From NCBI GenBank assembly GCA_030704615.1, contig CM060732.1, forward strand, positions 16,368,001 through 16,432,000: a DNA stretch of 64,000 bases, given 5' to 3'. A program made the translations under genes and the position numbers. The notes under the pieces were generated by a model that was not told the DNA's origin, did not search any database, and worked only from the letters and a program-made list of their open reading frames with translations. Positions 58,728 to 64,000 of the stretch are shown piece after piece (position 1 is the stretch's first letter; each line of letters opens with the position of its first letter). The DNA is from Takakia lepidozioides (Eukaryota > Plantae > Bryophyta).

Positions 58728-61315
58728 GATGAGCCATGAGCCATGAGCCGCATGAGCGGTGAGCCGAAGTCTAAGACACGCGGATTTCATGAGCGGACTG
58801 GGGGCTGCTATTTCATGAGCGGCATGAGCATGAGCGGGAAAAAAAAAAGCATGAGCGGGCCATTGTGTGTCCACGGAAATAGGGTTAGGAGGCACGGAAA
58901 TAGGGTCATGTGGACTCGTCATAGCAATGAAATGCAACATTTTATTGCAAATTTGGTGGCAAGCCACGTCTATACAAGTGTGTCCTAACTGTCATAGCAG
59001 GAATGGGAACTACTCTCCTACACCTTTCGAGGAACTTGGCCCTCCTTCTTCCTCATCCCCCTCATCCCCCCCATCCTCCGAGCTCTGTGATGCATCGGTT
59101 GCAGTATGCCTCTCAAAAATGTCGTCCTCTCCTTGGGGGACTGTCCACCTCACCTCCTGGGAATCTTCTGCCTCTTCTCCCCCATCTTCATTTTCTTGAG
59201 GCTTGCCTCGTCTAAAATCTGTTGTACACGACTAGGTTCGGAACACCTCCTAATGGACACCGAAGCAAGCCGGGCAGCATAAGTAGGAAGGATGTAGTCC
59301 CTTTCTGGACTAGGCATGAAATCCCCCCTGGCAAAAAAAGGCACGTTCCTCCTGCCCATGAACTCCGGTGTAGACGTCCCTCCTGCCGTACTTGGCATCC
59401 TACAGTAAGAACAAATCCACTTCAAGAATGTCAATACCAGCAGAAGCAGAAAGGGTTTTCAATGAAATAAGAGAGCGAAGGGAGGTGCCTCACAAAATCT
59501 GGAGGCAACTTACAATGCGACCACTCACTCGTACACCGGGGGCTCCTCGGCCTCGATCCCAACTTGTTCCTCCCCCTGCTCCTTCTCGGATTTTTCCTCA
59601 TCCTCTGAGGATGCCTCTTCCTGTTTCGGCAGACGTTCAGCCGCTGCAAGTTCGGAGTTGTGGAGGGCAGTATCTGGCTCGAAGGCGAACACATGCCTGT
59701 TGGACAACGTCCCTGCCCACATTGAAGCACCTGAGGAACAAAGCGGGCGTTAATAGCTTGCGACATGCAATTGCAATCAGGCCAGGGGACAAACTGAGCA
59801 CGTGAAGGCTTACCCGTGCCGCATGTGAAGTCCAGAATCCGCCCTTGGACATCCGAGCACGTCTCCATGAGGGTTTGGATGAAAGCAGGGCTCCGGGTCC
59901 GGCTGTACCGCCACGGTTTGCCTGTCTTTGTGTCCTTCGGCATACTGGAGTGGGGCACATAGTTGTAGAGGACATTGTAGGTAACAGGGTCCACAGCGAC
60001 ATCAACAAGATGACCGTCGTTGCGGAATTTGAACGTAGACCCTCTCTTCACAAAGCAATATGCCTCAAACACCATGTCTGCACATCCCACAAAAGAGGGA
60101 TCAACTCCGGGATCTTTTTAGATACACCCCACATATGAGGTGAATGCAATAGATTGATAACTTACACTTTGGCCCTCTGTTCGCAACCCCTGTGTATTGA
60201 TGCAAAACCATTTTCTGAGGAGGACTGGGGTGACACTTTTTCGTGTCTACCTTGCCACCGCATTCTCTGTGGTCTTCCCTCTTGTGGCAAGGACAACCAC
60301 ACATCCACCGTCATCCAGAAGCATCCCCGCTAGCCCAAACCCGGCTTTCCAGTAGTCCTCAGTAAACCTGTTCCAAGTGGGCACACCATCCAGGCCCTCT
60401 AGCAGCTCCCCATCTGGAATGTCAAGGAGAATCATGTCGCAAGCTCTCTCCACCTCAACCCCCCCCCCCCCCGAGTGCTCTTGCAATCCGTGCTCACAGC
60501 CATGAAGAATTCCATCATGGCTTCAAAACCAGGGGTGTCTTTAGGCTCTATACCGGCAGCCCTCTTCTTGGCTTTCCCCTTCTGCTCCGCCAGAGACTTG
60601 TTGTGTGCCACCTTCTTCGCCCTGGCAGCGACAGCGTCAAGGAAGCTCTCATTGACGCATTGGATGATGGTTGGAGGTTCTAGCTTTGGCCTGTGCGTAA
60701 ACGTCACCGCCGAATACCGCCGTGTAGGCTCGCCCTCAAATGCCAACTTCTTGGCAGAGCCAGTCCCACTCCGAACTGACTTGGGAACCCGGACGACCGG
60801 TGACTGGGTAGCAGCAACAGCAGTCGCAGGACCTTGAACAAAGTCGTCGTCCGAGTCACTCTCTTGGGTCCCCTCCTGCGCCTCCTCCGATGCCCCGATG
60901 GTTTTCTGTTTTTTGGGTGTTACTGCACTCACCTGTTTCCTTGTCCTTTTCATTTAGCCTTTACTCTTCTCGTTCAATTTCTCCTGAATTCCTGCCTGAG
61001 CAAGCTCTGTCGCTTTCCTGGAGTTCGCAAGCGCTTTTGCCTCTTTTGCACCCAGCGGAGGCAGCGGAGCCCGGTTTCGTCGGGCCTCAGCATCCAGCTT
61101 CAATTGGAACTCGGATGGGTCGAGCGAGCCGGGCGGAAGGTCCACATACCAAGGGCAATCACGCAAATGTTCCAGATGCCACTCCTTCACAATATCGTCA
61201 GTGTACATGGAGTCAGCCCCAGGGTTCCTCCAGGCTTGCAGAAGGGACACTTAGGAGATTGGGACCTTCAGCTACCTTGGTTGGCCATGGGTTACAGGTT
61301 TAGCAAACAAACATC
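58728..61315 (-). mobile_element. Family E copy 2 fragment (CATGAGC end and MTase half of the gene)
   Basis: GGGGGCTGCTATTTCATGAGC at 58800-58820, CATGAGC repeats, and CACGGAAATAGGGT motifs. Confidence 0.65.
58990..61270 (-). pseudogene. Second copy of the amino-methyltransferase-like gene (3' half; stops and frameshifts)
   Basis: CDMILLDIPDG; RTRSPAFIQTLMETCSDVQGRILDFTCGTG|ASMWAGTLSNRHVFAFEPD; NVPFFARGDFM; intron positions match copy 1. Confidence 0.8.
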
Positions 61316-61319
61316 ATTT

Positions 61320-61775
61320 GCTTCGTTCTCGTCTTATTTCCTTCTCTTTGGCTGAGAGCCAGATTTGCCTGCATTGATTCGCAGGGAGACTGTAATAGTC
61401 CTCAACCTTGATGATCCGGATGTGTGGACACAAGCATGTGCCCAACGGGCAGAGTTGTTCAAGAGAGTCATGCTTATGGCTTTTGAGAACCTTGCTATTG
61501 CCCAACACCGAGACACATTGAGGTACACCACTATACGTGGAGGGGGATATCGGCCAGGTGTTCAGCGTTTCCATCCTGGGGACTATGTGTATCTGCAGCA
61601 GACAGCGCCTATGACCTTGGATGTCACAGCAGGTCATGTGATTCTAAGGGTCCGGGAGGTGTTGCCTTCAGGAGTGTTGATTCTGGAGGGTCGAGATGGC
61701 ATGGTATGGAAGGACCATGTGCGCAATTGTGCGCCATGTCACCTTCCACATGTGGATGGGAGGATAGATCTCAAC
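61320..61775 (+). pseudogene. Gypsy integrase C-terminal fragment
   Basis: S.YFLLFG.EP.LP...AFENLAIAQHRDTLRY...RFHPGDYVYL...HVRNCAPCHLP. Confidence 0.75.
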
Positions 61776-63955
61776 CTTGCACTTCTTTCTTCAGCTTGTG
61801 CCTCTTGTAATCCATCAGTAGGTCTCCCTTTGTCAAGACTTTGCTGGTTCGCTCTTAGCACCCAAATTTTATCCTCCAGTTCTCCTTGTTTTGCAGAGGT
61901 GTTTAGCTGACCTGCTGTCACCACTTCTGGTCCAGCTGTTCTCCTTCCAGATATCCAAGCAAAAACATAGTCAAGTTCTCCCATTGATGACCTTGCAAAA
62001 ACTGACCGTGACATCCATGTTGCTCCATCCTCGCCAGATTTTTTACTGCTTTGCTGAAGTGTTTCCTGAAGATGAGTGCCCTTGCCTTCCAGCTTCTCAT
62101 CCTTCCTTGTTTTCCCTTGCTGAAGCTTCCTCCCTTTTTGCTGAGAGTAGTCATTGTTTTTTATGGTCTCGTCTTGTGGTTTTGCCAAACTCTCCTCTCT
62201 TTTCTTACTGTGATTTTCAAGGCTTACCCCATCATGTTTATTACCTAGCTCTCTTTTCTCTCGGCCTGCAGGTATGTCACTAGTTCTGCATGATCTCTCA
62301 CACTTTTGTTGTCCAATCAGATTATTCTCTCTTTCCCTTTTTTCATAGTGATCTGGTGTCCTTTTTCTACAGATCAAAACTCTCAAGGTCTTTCTCTCCA
62401 TGATCATCTCTCAGCTGGCCTTTCTCTTGTTCTATGAGTAACTGACTTGATCTGCCCTTTTCTTCACATTTTTGCTGTTCAAAAAAATTCACTTTGAATT
62501 GCTCTCTTCCTCTCATCTCAAGTTGACATGCTGGTTTTTCCTCACAGATTGAACTCTCAAAACAGCTCCTTTGTGGCAGATTCAGACTGCACTGGATTTT
62601 CTCTAATGTTGGCTTCAAGTTTGCTGGTTTCACACCTTTCTCAGTAAAATTCTCCCTTTGTTTTGATGCCTGTGCAGGCCCATTCTCCATGGTTGCCAAC
62701 TGCTGGTGATGCTCCCCATCCTCTTGCTGTGAATCATTGCCTCTCTTGGCACAACTTTCTCTCAACATCGTCTGTCTTTTTGCTTGCTCCCCTTTTCCCT
62801 CACTGTTATCAGTTGACTGTGCCTCACAGGTGTGTTCCATGGAAAGTCTTCAGACGAAAGCCCATAACCCCTCTGTCTCTCAGAGGTAATTCTGCCCTTT
62901 CTTCCCACATGCTGTCAGTATTGGTAGTGAGGTAGTTAACTCCCGGTAGCAATTCAAACCTAAATTGTTTTACTTTCTTTTTTATCTCCTTTTGCTGTTC
63001 AGTACCCTCTCTGTTGGACTGACTACAACTTTCTTCACTCGCAGTTTGCTGCTGTTCAGGAGCTGCTTGGTGACTCACCACAGTAAAGATAAATCCATCA
63101 GTCAAGTCTGTCCCTCTGACTTTTCCTGCTTCCTTCCATTTGAGAGGTTGTAGGTCAGTTTTTACCACAAAAGGTAAGTAGTCTTTGAATTGCCAAATGG
63201 CCCAGGCCAACAAGTAGTAGTGAATTTCATCTATTTCATGAGTCTTCACTTTTTTCAACCTTCGTTGTCTCACTCCTAACACTGTGCTATCAGTCTAATG
63301 TAGGTCTGTCAAGATGGCATGTGCAACATCTTCCTCAAGAGACAACTCCAATAAAAGCTGAGTGGCACTCTCTTCCTTTCCTTGCCTTGTGATTTCTGTG
63401 CTCAGTATCTCAGGGTCTCTTCTGTCTGGTTCAGTCTCTACTGGAAACCTACTTAAAGCATCAACATTCCCATGCTTCATCCCTGGTCTGTGTTGTATCT
63501 TGAAATCAAAATCCTGTAGCATCATGATCCACCTACCTCTTCTTCCATAGGCGTCGCTAACTGTAGCCAGCCATTCCAATGGCTTATGATCTGTTCAAAC
63601 AAAAAATGATGTGCCATAAAGATATTGGCGAAAGTGTAGGATTCCCCAAACGAGAGCGTAACATTCTCCCTCCATAGGGTGATAGTTCCTCTGTGCTTCG
63701 GACAATGCCTTACTAGCATAAGCAATTACGTGTTCTCTTCGTCCTTCTTTTTGTGATAAAACAGCACCTATCCCTTTCTTTGACCAATCAACATCAAGAA
63801 TGAAAGCTTTAAGGAAATCAGGTCGTACCAGGATAGGAGCCTCGATCAGCTTAAGTCGCAATGCCTCGAACGCATTTTGAGCTTGGTGAGTCCACACAAA
63901 CGTTTGCTCCTTCTTAGTGAGGTCAAAAAGTGGGCTTGCAGCTTGGGCATACTCC
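61776..63955 (-). pseudogene. Pol fragment related to element B (RNase H, second degenerate RNase H, long linker)
   Basis: ILDVDWSKKGIGAVLSQKEG..YHPMEGECYALVWG..SDAYGRRGRWIMMLQDF, nearly identical to B's RNase H. Confidence 0.9.
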
Positions 63956-64000
63956 TGTTGGAAATCAACTCCTAACCAAGTTACTACTACCTAGAGTTAC

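Overview
This is 64 kb of nested transposable elements from a land plant. PLS-class PPR fragments and the element types suggest a seed-free lineage (inference). No intact ordinary host gene is visible. (A) A minus-strand Gypsy-like LTR retrotransposon whose polyprotein carries a C5 cytosine methyltransferase between protease and RT. (B) A young 10.9-kb Gypsy nested in A, with a 4-bp TSD, a tandemly duplicated RNase H, and asymmetric LTR ends that read like a cleaved 2-LTR circle junction; a related solo LTR and a pol fragment lie further right. (C) A chromovirus. (D) A non-autonomous Pack-CACTA family (19-bp TIR, 3-bp TSD) full of scrambled PLS-PPR fragments. (E) Several pieces of an unclassified DNA element family. 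It has shared CATGAGC-repeat ends, an intron-rich gene fusing a ParB/Srx-like domain to a beta-class amino (N6-A/N4-C) methyltransferase-like domain, a SWIM gene, a divergent pair of unknown paralogues, and 20-30 bp palindromes in arrays and in the gene's own introns. Family E and the LTR-end architecture of B are the best candidates for undescribed biology. All domain calls come from reading motifs by eye; no searches were run.
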